From contig CAVJJO010000001.1 of assembly GCA_963649665.1 (NCBI GenBank), positions 6,435-70,434 of the forward strand: a stretch of 64,000 nucleotides of DNA, given 5' to 3'. Origin of the DNA: Bacteroidaceae bacterium (GTDB lineage: Bacteria > Bacteroidota > Bacteroidia > Bacteroidales > Bacteroidaceae). Below the pieces are notes generated by a model. It saw nothing but the letters and a program-made list of their open reading frames with translations. It was not told the DNA's origin and ran no database searches. This document shows positions 1 to 8,167 of this stretch, one piece after another. The stretch's first letter is position 1. The number at the start of each line of letters is the position of its first letter. The translations under genes and the position numbers were made by a program.

Positions 1-980
1 GCCACGTCGACCTCCACGTTTTTGTTGATTTCCGAGGGGTCTATGTCGAAATGTATCTTCTTGGCCTGACGGGCATAGGTGGAGAGCTTTCCGGTGATGC
101 GGTCGTCGAAGCGCATGCCTACGGCGATGAGGAGGTCGCACTGCTGCGTCATTTTGTTCGAACCGAGCGAACCGTGCATGCCGAGCATGCCCACGGAGAG
201 GGGGTGGCCGGTGGGAAGGGCAGACAGGCCGAGGAGCGTGCGTCCGGCGGGAAGACCGGCTTTCTCGATGAATTCGCGCAGTTCCTGCTGGGCGTTGCCG
301 AGTTCCACACCTTGTCCCACGAGCACGAGCGGCCGTTCCGCTTCGTTGATGAGGCGTGCGGCTTCGGTAAGCGAGCGCGGGTCGGTGGCGGGCACGGGCA
401 CGTAGCTGCGTATGAAGTCGATGGTGCCCTGCACGTATTCGGCTTTTCCCGTCTGTGCGTTTTTGGCAAAGTCGAGCACCACGGGGCCGGGGCGTCCGCT
501 GGAGGCTATGTAGAACGCACGGTGCACGGCCCATGCCACATCCTTGGCGGAGCGTATCTGGTAGCTCCATTTGGCTATGGGCTGCGTCACGTCCACGAGG
601 TCGCACTCTTGGAAGGCATCGGTGCCGAGCATGGCAGTGCCCACCTGTCCGGCAATGACCACCATGGGGGTGCTGTCCATCATGGCATCGGCAATGCCGG
701 TGATGGTGTTTGTGGCGCCCGGTCCGCTCGTGACGAGACACACGCCAGTCTGTCCGCTCACGCGGGCATAGCCTTCGGCGGCGTGGGCGGCACCTTGCTC
801 GTGGCGCACGAGTATGTGGTTGAGGCGGTCGCGGTAGTCGTAGAGAGCATCGTAGACAGGCATGATGGCACCTCCGGGATAACCGAAGAGGGTGGTCACG
901 CCTTCGTCGAGCAAGGCCCGCATGAGGATTTCCGCACCGCTGATGAGGGGAGCGTTATGTGTAGTTTCAGTTTTTGTCAT
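1..980 (-). CDS. ilvB: acetolactate synthase large subunit (partial, runs off the window start)
   Basis: Absent from the ORF track. Manual reverse translation from ATG at 980 gives MTKTETTHNAPLISGAEILMRALLDEGVTTLFGYPGGAIMPVYDAL...HILVRHEQGAAHAAEGYAR...TSGPGATN; lies directly downstream of ilvD. Confidence 0.95.
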   Translation of the reverse strand, partial: MTKTETTHNAPLISGAEILMRALLDEGVTTLFGYPGGAIMPVYDALYDYRDRLNHILVRHEQGAAHAAEGYARVSGQTGVCLVTSGPGATNTITGIADAMMDSTPMVVIAGQVGTAMLGTDAFQECDLVDVTQPIAKWSYQIRSAKDVAWAVHRAFYIASSGRPGPVVLDFAKNAQTGKAEYVQGTIDFIRSYVPVPATDPRSLTEAARLINEAERPLVLVGQGVELGNAQQELREFIEKAGLPAGRTLLGLSALPTGHPLSVGMLGMHGSLGSNKMTQQCDLLIAVGMRFDDRITGKLSTYARQAKKIHFDIDPSEINKNVEVDV

Positions 981-1064
981 AAAGGAGTATTGCGAACTTC
1001 GCCACACGGTATGTCGTGTGGCTGATGAGCGGGAGAATGTGGGTTTGGCGCCGTCGGCGTGCGC

Positions 1065-2870
1065 TTACACCAACCTCACGCCGCCCTTGTCGGCACTGCT
1101 CACCATGGAGGCGTAGGCTCGGAGAGCCTTGCTCACGGTGCGCTGGCGCTGGAGCGGGCGCATGGGGCGTGCGGCAAGTTCTTCGTCGGTGAGGCGAACG
1201 CTGATGGAGCGTGAGGGTATGTCGATGACAATGATGTCGCCGTCCACAATCTTTCCGATGTTTCCGCCGGCTGCCGCTTCAGGCGAAATGTGGCCTACGC
1301 TGAGTCCCGATGTGCCGCCTGAGAAGCGTCCGTCGGTGATGAGGGCGCACTCTTTTCCGAGGTGGCGGCTCTTTATATAAGAGGTGGGGTAGAGCATTTC
1401 CTGCATGCCGGGTCCTCCCTTCGGACCTTCGTGGGTGATGACCACCACGTCGCCGGCATTGACCTTTCCGCCGAGAATGCCTTCGCAGGCTTCTTCCTGC
1501 GAGTCGAACACGCGGGCGGGGCCTTCGAAGTGCCAGAGCGACTCGTCGACGCCAGCCGTTTTCACCACGCATCCGTCGAGGGCAATGTTGCCGAAGAGCA
1601 CGGCGAGTCCGCCGTCGTGGGTGTAGGCGTGGTCAAGCGAGCGGATGCAGCCTTCGGCGCGGTCGGTGTCGAGTTCGGGCCACGATGCGTCCTGCGCACC
1701 CATTTGCGTGCAGAACTTTCCGCCCGGCGCGCTGTGGTAGATGCGGAGCGCTTCGGCATCGGGGGAGGGCACGGTGATGGAGTAGCGCGCTATGTCGGCG
1801 CCGAGCGTCGTGCCGTTTACGCGGTGGGCGTCGAGGTGGAGCAAATGGCCCTTGGCAAGTTCGCCCATGATGCCGAGTACGCCGCCGGCGCGGTTGCACT
1901 CCTGCACGGAGTACTTCTGCGTGTTGGGCGCCAACTTGCAGAGGCAGGGCACGTGACGGCTAAGCGCGTCGATGTCGGCCATCTTGAAGTCGACGCCGGC
2001 TTCGTTGGCCACGGCGAGGAGGTGAAGCACGGTGTTGGTGGAGCCGCCCATGGCTATGTCGAGCGTCATGGCGTTGAGAAACGCTTCGCGAGTGGCTATG
2101 GAACGCGGCAGGACGCTTTCGTCGCCTTCGCCGTAGTAGCGCATGGCATTTTCCACAATGAGATGTGCGGCGTCCTGGAAAAGGCGGCGGCGGTTGGCGT
2201 GGGTGGCAAGGATGGTGCCGTTGCCCGGAAGGGAGAGGCCGAGGGCTTCGGTAAGACAGTTCATGGAGTTGGCGGTGAACATGCCGGAGCACGAACCGCA
2301 TCCGGGGCAGGCCTTGGATTCTATTTCGGCCAGTTCCTCGTCGCTCACGGAAGTGTCGGCACCTTTTATCATGGCCACTACGAGGTCGAGGTTTTCGCCC
2401 TTGTGGCTGCCGGCTTCCATAGGTCCTCCGCTCACGAACACGGTGGGTATGTTGAGGCGCATGGCGGCCATGAGCATACCGGGGGTCACCTTGTCGCAGT
2501 TGGAGATGCACACGAGGGCGTCGGCTTTGTGGGCCTGAACCATATACTCCACGGAGTCGGCTATGACGTCGCGCGAGGGTAGGGAGTAGAGCATGCCGTC
2601 GTGGCCCATGGCTATGCCGTCGTCGACGGCTATGGTGTTGAACTCCGCGGCGTAGCAACCGAGGCGTTCTATCTCGTGCTTCACAAGCTGTCCCACCTCG
2701 TGGAGATGGGTATGGCCGGGAACAAACTGGGTAAACGAGTTGGCTATGGCTATAATGGGCTTACCAAGTTGTTCGCGCTTCATGCCGGCGGCATGCCAAA
2801 GGGCGCGTGAACCGGCCATGCGGCGGCCGTCGGTGCAGACGCTGCTGCGGAGGGGTATTTTCGTTGTCAT
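1065..2870 (-). CDS. ilvD: dihydroxy-acid dehydratase
   Basis: Motifs [54 protein letters not shown]; start taken at MTTKIPLRS. Confidence 0.97.
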   Translation of the reverse strand: MTTKIPLRSSVCTDGRRMAGSRALWHAAGMKREQLGKPIIAIANSFTQFVPGHTHLHEVGQLVKHEIERLGCYAAEFNTIAVDDGIAMGHDGMLYSLPSRDVIADSVEYMVQAHKADALVCISNCDKVTPGMLMAAMRLNIPTVFVSGGPMEAGSHKGENLDLVVAMIKGADTSVSDEELAEIESKACPGCGSCSGMFTANSMNCLTEALGLSLPGNGTILATHANRRRLFQDAAHLIVENAMRYYGEGDESVLPRSIATREAFLNAMTLDIAMGGSTNTVLHLLAVANEAGVDFKMADIDALSRHVPCLCKLAPNTQKYSVQECNRAGGVLGIMGELAKGHLLHLDAHRVNGTTLGADIARYSITVPSPDAEALRIYHSAPGGKFCTQMGAQDASWPELDTDRAEGCIRSLDHAYTHDGGLAVLFGNIALDGCVVKTAGVDESLWHFEGPARVFDSQEEACEGILGGKVNAGDVVVITHEGPKGGPGMQEMLYPTSYIKSRHLGKECALITDGRFSGGTSGLSVGHISPEAAAGGNIGKIVDGDIIVIDIPSRSISVRLTDEELAARPMRPLQRQRTVSKALRAYASMVSSADKGGVRLV

Positions 2871-3007
2871 GCGTTGTCCTATATAATTAATGAGTGCCGT
2901 TTTGCTGCGCGCGTTGGTTGCAGAGTCGCATTTTAGGCCGAAACAAGGGTGTCCCGGCAAACGGCGGTTGATATGGCAGTTTGGCGCTCGTTATTTTGAT
3001 TGCCTTG

Positions 3008-3015
3008 CAAATGTA
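3008..3015 (-). promoter_or_regulatory. Bacteroidetes -7 promoter box for ilvD-ilvB
   Basis: TACATTTG on the minus strand matches TAnnTTTG, ~140 bp upstream of ilvD. Confidence 0.6.
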
Positions 3016-3147
3016 TACATTTTGCCTGAGTTGGAAAACATTATGCAAGCAAAATGCAAATTTTGCGTATAAACTCTCTTAGAAGAAGCCCGGGGCGGTG
3101 CGACGTATAAAAAGGCACTTGGGCAACTTTTGACCGACGGTTTGAAA

Positions 3148-3279
3148 GCGCAGCGCATGGAGGTCAAGACGGGAGTCTTGACAGACGTGTGCGGAGATTA
3201 TAAGATGCGGCCACGAAGAAGCCTCCGTGTGAAAGTGTAGAGCAGTCAAGACGGGAGTCTTGACCTCCATGCGCTGCGC
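3148..3279. repeat. REPIN-like doublet of two inverted REP-like hairpins
   Basis: GCGCAGCGCATGGAG-GTCAAGAC-GGGA-GTCTTGAC ... GTAGAGCA-GTCAAGAC-GGGA-GTCTTGAC-CTCCATGCGCTGCGC; related copies elsewhere in the window. Confidence 0.85.
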
Positions 3280-3340
3280 ACGTAAATGCCGCTTGATAAA
3301 TGCTTTAGTCGTTTTTTATGCGCTACAAAGCACCTTGTAA

Positions 3341-3457
3341 AAATTCCAAGGCGGGGAATTTAAATTCCAAGGCACGCCGTAAAAATTCCAAGGCACGCCG
3401 TAAAAAATCCCTGCCTTGGAATTTAAATTAGCCCAAGGCCCAACACGTTGGGCCTTG
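3341..3457. repeat. 21-bp-phased AAATTCCAAGGC repeats, inverted copy and palindrome
   Basis: AAATTCCAAGGC at 3341, 3362 and 3383; GCCTTGGAATTT at 3413; CAAGGCCCAACACGTTGGGCCTTG at ~3434-3457. Confidence 0.85.
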
Positions 3458-3556
3458 AGCCCCAAATTACAGAACGATTGCAATTGCGCCCTCCGCAATT
3501 GCCCTGCAAAAAAGCGTCCGTTACATTCCGATTGTTCCTTCCCTCCGTTTCCCCTT

Positions 3557-4183
3557 TCAAATGACCCCTGCTTCAACCATGCGCACCACGCGCTCCGTGT
3601 AGCGATCATCGCCTTCAGGGTCGTACTTCTTGTTCAAACTGTTGCCGAAAAGCACAGCAATGCCTTGGTATACGTTGGCCTTGAACGAACCGATGAAAGC
3701 CTTGGCAATGTTGTAGCCCGTCATGTTGCACTCGCGGTTTACCAGTTTGATGAGCAGTTTGCCCTGCGAGCGCGTCAGCTTTTTCAGCGCCGGCGCATAC
3801 TGCTTCTTCAGTCCCGCTTCCACGAGTTTGATGTGCTCGTCGCGCGAACGCTTGTCGGGAAGCGTCTCAAGATATTCGTAAGTCTCTATGATGGTGAGCT
3901 TCGCCAACTTGGCCCAAGGGAGCACCTTTTTCACGTTGTAGACCAGACGGTTGTATTCCTCCCGTTCCTTTTCGGAAGAAAACTGCATGGGGGCATATTT
4001 GGGCAAGGAGGGGAAAATGACGTGCGGTATGGTCTTTCCCTCATACTGCGCCGTGCCCACCTGTGTGATGATGGGCACTTCCACCTCCTCCACCTCCGTC
4101 TGCTCCTTCGCAGGCTGCTGAGCCCACAAAGTGAACGGGAAAAGCAAGAAGAGCATTGCGACGATGTAACTGCGGATATCCAT
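3557..4183 (-). CDS. DUF4294-family exported protein
   Basis: Signal peptide MDIRSYIVAMLFLLFPFTLWAQ; YNRLVYNVKKVLPWAK and LTRSQGKLLIKLVNRE are typical of this Bacteroidetes family; divergent from rnr. Confidence 0.75.
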   Translation of the reverse strand: MDIRSYIVAMLFLLFPFTLWAQQPAKEQTEVEEVEVPIITQVGTAQYEGKTIPHVIFPSLPKYAPMQFSSEKEREEYNRLVYNVKKVLPWAKLAKLTIIETYEYLETLPDKRSRDEHIKLVEAGLKKQYAPALKKLTRSQGKLLIKLVNRECNMTGYNIAKAFIGSFKANVYQGIAVLFGNSLNKKYDPEGDDRYTERVVRMVEAGVI

Positions 4184-4428
4184 AATAGTTCTATTTAAGT
4201 CCGGCTGTGCGGAAATGTCTGTCAGGCCATAGCGACCGAGTGTTTGCAAAAGTACTAAGTTTTGCATTGCACGTGCGTTATTATATATTAATTGACTGCT
4301 AAGATTGGCGGAAAAAGCGTTACTTTGCAAAGAGCGCACGGCATTTCGCCGCGCTTAAAACAGAGGACGGGGCCACACGGAAGCGCTGCAACGCTTACGG
4401 CACACCGCCCTATAAAAACACAACGAAC

Positions 4429-6792
4429 ATGGCAAGAAAAGAAAAAAATAAGGGAAGCGGACGTCTCAAGAAAAAAGTCGCCGCACAAATGCTCGTGGAC
4501 CTTTTTGAGAGAGAGCCCGACCGCGAATTCAACGTGAAGGAACTCTTCGCGCTGCTCAAGGCCTCCAACCATCCCGCAAAGATGATTGTGATGGACGCCC
4601 TCTCCGAACTCGTGCTCGACGACTACATATCCACCGACGGCAACGGCAACTACCGCAACGCCGTGCGTTCCAACGTGATGGAAGGCACTTTCCAGCGCAA
4701 GCGCAACGGACGCAACTCCTTCGTGCCCGACGACGGCGGAAAGAGCATACTCGTGTGCGAGCGCAATTCGCTCCACGCCCTCGACGGCGACCGCGTGAAG
4801 GTGACCATGCTCGCACGCCGCGCCGGCCACACGCGCGAAGCCGAAGTGACGGAAATCCTCGAACGCGCCAACGACACCTTCGTGGGCCAACTGCAGGTGG
4901 AACGCGGCTACGGATTCCTCGTCACGGAAAGCCGCTCGCTCGCCACCGACATATTCATTCCCAAAGACAAACTCGGCGGCGGCCAGAACGGCGACAAGGC
5001 CGTGGTGCAGATAACCGACTGGCCCTCCAACTCGAAGAGCCCCGTGGGACGCGTGGTGGACATCCTGGGCAAACAGGGAGAGAACAATGCCGAGATGCAC
5101 GCCATTCTCGCACAGTACGGACTGCCCTATTCCTACCCCGAGAAGGTGGAAAAGGCAGCCGAAAAGCTTTCACCCGAAATTCCTGCCGACGAAATAGCCC
5201 GCCGCGAGGATTTCCGCGCCGTCACCACCTTCACCATTGACCCCCACGACGCCAAGGACTTCGACGACGCGCTCTCCATACGCCCTCTCAAGGACGGCGA
5301 ATGGGAAGTGGGCGTACACATTGCCGACGTGTCGCACTACGTGAAAGAGGGCGACATCATAGACCGCGAAGCAGTGAAGCGCGCCACCAGCGTTTACCTC
5401 GTGGATCGCACCATACCCATGCTCCCCGAGCGCCTCTGCAACTTCATCTGCTCCCTCCGCCCCAACGAGGAAAAACTCGCCTATTCCACCATATTCCGTC
5501 TCAACGCAAAAGCCGAAGTGCTCTCGTGGCATCTGGCACACACCGTGATACGTTCCGACCGCCGCTTCACCTACGAAGAGGTGCAGAACATACTTGAGCG
5601 CAACAACCAGGCCTCCGAAGCCGACCTCAACCTGCCCGGCGAGCACCCAGAGCCGCTCCCCGAAGGCGCAGCGCCCGAGGGCGAATATGCCGAAGAACTC
5701 ATCACGCTCAACACCCTTGCCAAACGCCTACGCGAGAAACGCTTCAAAAACGGAGCCATCGGTTTCGACCGCTCCGAAGTGCGCTTCGAGATAGACGAAA
5801 AGGGACACCCCATATCCACCTACGTGAAAGTGGCAAAGGACGCCAACAAACTCGTGGAAGAGTTCATGCTCCTTGCCAACCGCAGCGTGGCGCAGAAGAT
5901 CGCCGTCGTGGCAAAAGGAAAAAAGCCCAAGACCTTCGTATACCGCATACACGACGTGCCCGATCCCGAGAAGATGGAGAAACTCAGCGCCTTCATCGCC
6001 CGTTTCGGCTACAAGATACGCACCGACGGCACTAAGACCGAGGTGAGCAAGAGTCTTAACCGCCTGCTTGCCGACGTGAAAGGTCAGAAAGAGGAAGAAG
6101 TGGTGGAACTCGTCGCGCTGCGCGCCATGATGAAAGCACGCTACAGCACACACAACATAGGCCACTACGGACTCATGTTCGACTACTACACCCACTTCAC
6201 CTCGCCCATTCGCCGCTACCCCGACACCATGGTACACCGTCTGCTCACGCGCTATGCCGAAGGCGGACGCACCGTCAGCGAGAAGAAGTATGAAGAACTC
6301 TGCGAACACGCTTCCAACATGGAGCAGCTCGCAGCCACCGCCGAGCGCGCCAGCATCAAGTATAAGCAAGTGGAATTCATGGCCGACCGCCTCGGACAGG
6401 AATTCGACGGCACGGTGAGCGGCGTCACGGAGTTTGGCCTTTACGTCGAAGTGACCGAAAACAAATGCGAAGGCATGGTGCCCTTGCGCATGCTCCTCGA
6501 CGACTACTACGAATTTGACGAACGCAACTTCTGCCTCGTGGGCCGTCGCTTCCACAAGCGCTACGGGCTTGGCGACAAAGTGCGCATCCGCGTGGAGCGC
6601 GCCAATCTCGAGCGCCGCCAGCTCGACTTCGCCCTCGTAGGCGAAGACGGCGCCGCCAATACGCCCGCCAATGCCAAGCCGCAGCCCCACAACGGATTCG
6701 GCAAAGACTTTCACAAAGGCTCCCGCAAAAAAGGCAACGCCAAAGGCAAACGCAAAAAAGGAAGCGGAAGCAAACGCGTGGGAGAAAAATAA
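4429..6792 (+). CDS. rnr: ribonuclease R
   Basis: RNB motif TIDPHDAKDFDDALS, HFTSPIRRYPD, C-terminal S1 domain and basic tail. Confidence 0.96.
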   Translation: MARKEKNKGSGRLKKKVAAQMLVDLFEREPDREFNVKELFALLKASNHPAKMIVMDALSELVLDDYISTDGNGNYRNAVRSNVMEGTFQRKRNGRNSFVPDDGGKSILVCERNSLHALDGDRVKVTMLARRAGHTREAEVTEILERANDTFVGQLQVERGYGFLVTESRSLATDIFIPKDKLGGGQNGDKAVVQITDWPSNSKSPVGRVVDILGKQGENNAEMHAILAQYGLPYSYPEKVEKAAEKLSPEIPADEIARREDFRAVTTFTIDPHDAKDFDDALSIRPLKDGEWEVGVHIADVSHYVKEGDIIDREAVKRATSVYLVDRTIPMLPERLCNFICSLRPNEEKLAYSTIFRLNAKAEVLSWHLAHTVIRSDRRFTYEEVQNILERNNQASEADLNLPGEHPEPLPEGAAPEGEYAEELITLNTLAKRLREKRFKNGAIGFDRSEVRFEIDEKGHPISTYVKVAKDANKLVEEFMLLANRSVAQKIAVVAKGKKPKTFVYRIHDVPDPEKMEKLSAFIARFGYKIRTDGTKTEVSKSLNRLLADVKGQKEEEVVELVALRAMMKARYSTHNIGHYGLMFDYYTHFTSPIRRYPDTMVHRLLTRYAEGGRTVSEKKYEELCEHASNMEQLAATAERASIKYKQVEFMADRLGQEFDGTVSGVTEFGLYVEVTENKCEGMVPLRMLLDDYYEFDERNFCLVGRRFHKRYGLGDKVRIRVERANLERRQLDFALVGEDGAANTPANAKPQPHNGFGKDFHKGSRKKGNAKGKRKKGSGSKRVGEK

Positions 6793-6860
6793 AAATCGAA
6801 AAAATAAACGCCCAAAAATTTGGAGAACCAAAAACATTCCGTAATTTTGCACTCGCAATT

Positions 6861-6935
6861 CGGGGTGTAGCTCAGCCCGGTTAGAGTACGCGTCTGGGGG
6901 GCGTGGGGTCGCTGGTTCGAATCCAGTCACCCCGA
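6861..6935 (+). tRNA. tRNA-Pro (GGG)
   Basis: CGGGGTG/CACCCCG acceptor stem, TAGCTCAG D arm, anticodon loop CTGGGGG, GGTTCGAATCC T arm; TAATTTTG box at 6842-6849. Confidence 0.97.
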
Positions 6936-6944
6936 CAGAATTGT

Positions 6945-6982
6945 AAAGCAGCAACGGTTTACGAATCGTCGCTGCTTTTTTT
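6945..6982 (+). terminator. intrinsic terminator after tRNA-Pro
   Basis: AAAGCAGCAACG...CGTCGCTGCTTT followed by a T tract. Confidence 0.7.
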
Positions 6983-7109
6983 ATGCCCAAAAGAGAGCGT
7001 TACATACACGAAACGAAGCGTTTGCGGAACAAAACTTCACAAGCCGTAAAAGTTTTTGTAATTTTGCACGCTATCCGAAAATTCAAGAACAAGAACCAAA
7101 CCTCAATAA

Positions 7110-7982
7110 GTGGAAACCAAAATATGCTGCATTGGGCACATCACGCTCGATAAAATCATTACGCCCAAGAGCGAATGCCACATGCCCGGCGGAACATCCT
7201 ACTACTTTGCCCACGCCATGTACCACCTCAACGGCGGCAAGGGCTTCAAACTCGTCACCTCCCTCGCAGAAAGCGAGATGAGCGCCGTGGACGAACTGCG
7301 CGGAAAAGGAATCGCCGTTGACGTGATACCCTCGCGCCACACCGTCTATTTCGAAAACAAATACGGCGAAAACCAAAACAACCGCACGCAGCGCGTGCTC
7401 GCTAAAGCCGATCCCTTCACCGCAGAATCGCTGCGCCAGGTGAAGGCAGGAGTGTATCACCTCGGCTCGCTCCTTGCCGACGACTTTTCGCTTGAAGTAA
7501 TCCAGTCGCTCGCCGGCCGCGGCGTGGTGAGCATCGACGCTCAAGGCTATCTGCGCGAAGTGCGCGGCGACAAAGTGTTTGCCGTGGACTGGCCCTGGAA
7601 ACGCGAAGCGCTGAAAGTGACCGACGTGTTGAAGGTAAACGAATACGAGATGGACGTGCTCACCGGATGCAACGAGGCTCACGATGCCGCCCTCCAACTC
7701 GCGGAATGGGGCGTGAAGGAAGTGTGTGTCACACTAGGCGACTATGGTTCTGTGGTTCTCGAAAACGACCATTTCTACGATATTCCCGCCTACGCCCCGA
7801 AAGCCATCGTTGACGCCACGGGTTGCGGCGACACCTATTCCACCGGTTACCTCTACATGCGTTCGCGCGGAGCGTCGCCCGAAGAAGCCGGACGCTTCGC
7901 AGCCGCCATGTCCACCCTCAAGCTTGAAGCCATCGGTCCCTTCGCCAAAACAGAAGACGACATCTGGCGCATCGTTCGTTAA
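7110..7982 (+). CDS. PfkB/ribokinase-family carbohydrate kinase
   Basis: GHITLD, PGGT, KVNEYE, VTLGDYG, DATGCGDTY signature; GTG start. Confidence 0.9.
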   Translation: METKICCIGHITLDKIITPKSECHMPGGTSYYFAHAMYHLNGGKGFKLVTSLAESEMSAVDELRGKGIAVDVIPSRHTVYFENKYGENQNNRTQRVLAKADPFTAESLRQVKAGVYHLGSLLADDFSLEVIQSLAGRGVVSIDAQGYLREVRGDKVFAVDWPWKREALKVTDVLKVNEYEMDVLTGCNEAHDAALQLAEWGVKEVCVTLGDYGSVVLENDHFYDIPAYAPKAIVDATGCGDTYSTGYLYMRSRGASPEEAGRFAAAMSTLKLEAIGPFAKTEDDIWRIVR

Positions 7983-8055
7983 GCGCCGCAAGCAAACATT
8001 TGCAGGCGAAGCGCATGGCCTTGCTGAGGCTTTTGCGTGCTGAACCCTACGCCTT

Positions 8056-8110
8056 ACAATGAAGCCCTTATCTGTCAAAACTTTGTATTGACAGATAAGG
8101 GCTTCATTGT
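8056..8110. terminator. perfect 23-bp stem-loop between convergent genes
   Basis: ACAATGAAGCCCTTATCTGTCAA - 9 nt loop - TTGACAGATAAGGGCTTCATTGT. Confidence 0.75.
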
Positions 8111-8167
8111 TGAAGTGCCGCAATTGTTATCCAACATATAAGCGGCTCTTCCGCATGTGATTTCCAT

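Noticed and set aside
2871..3010. ilv attenuator leader peptide
   Set aside because: No short Ile/Leu/Val-rich ORF or terminator was found in the leader.
3316..3609. Small ORF with heptad repeats (FYGVPWN) and similar ORFs at 3079, 12267, 12503, 49282, 59040 and 61976
   Set aside because: They are translations of the DNA repeats; frames and starts are not conserved between copies.
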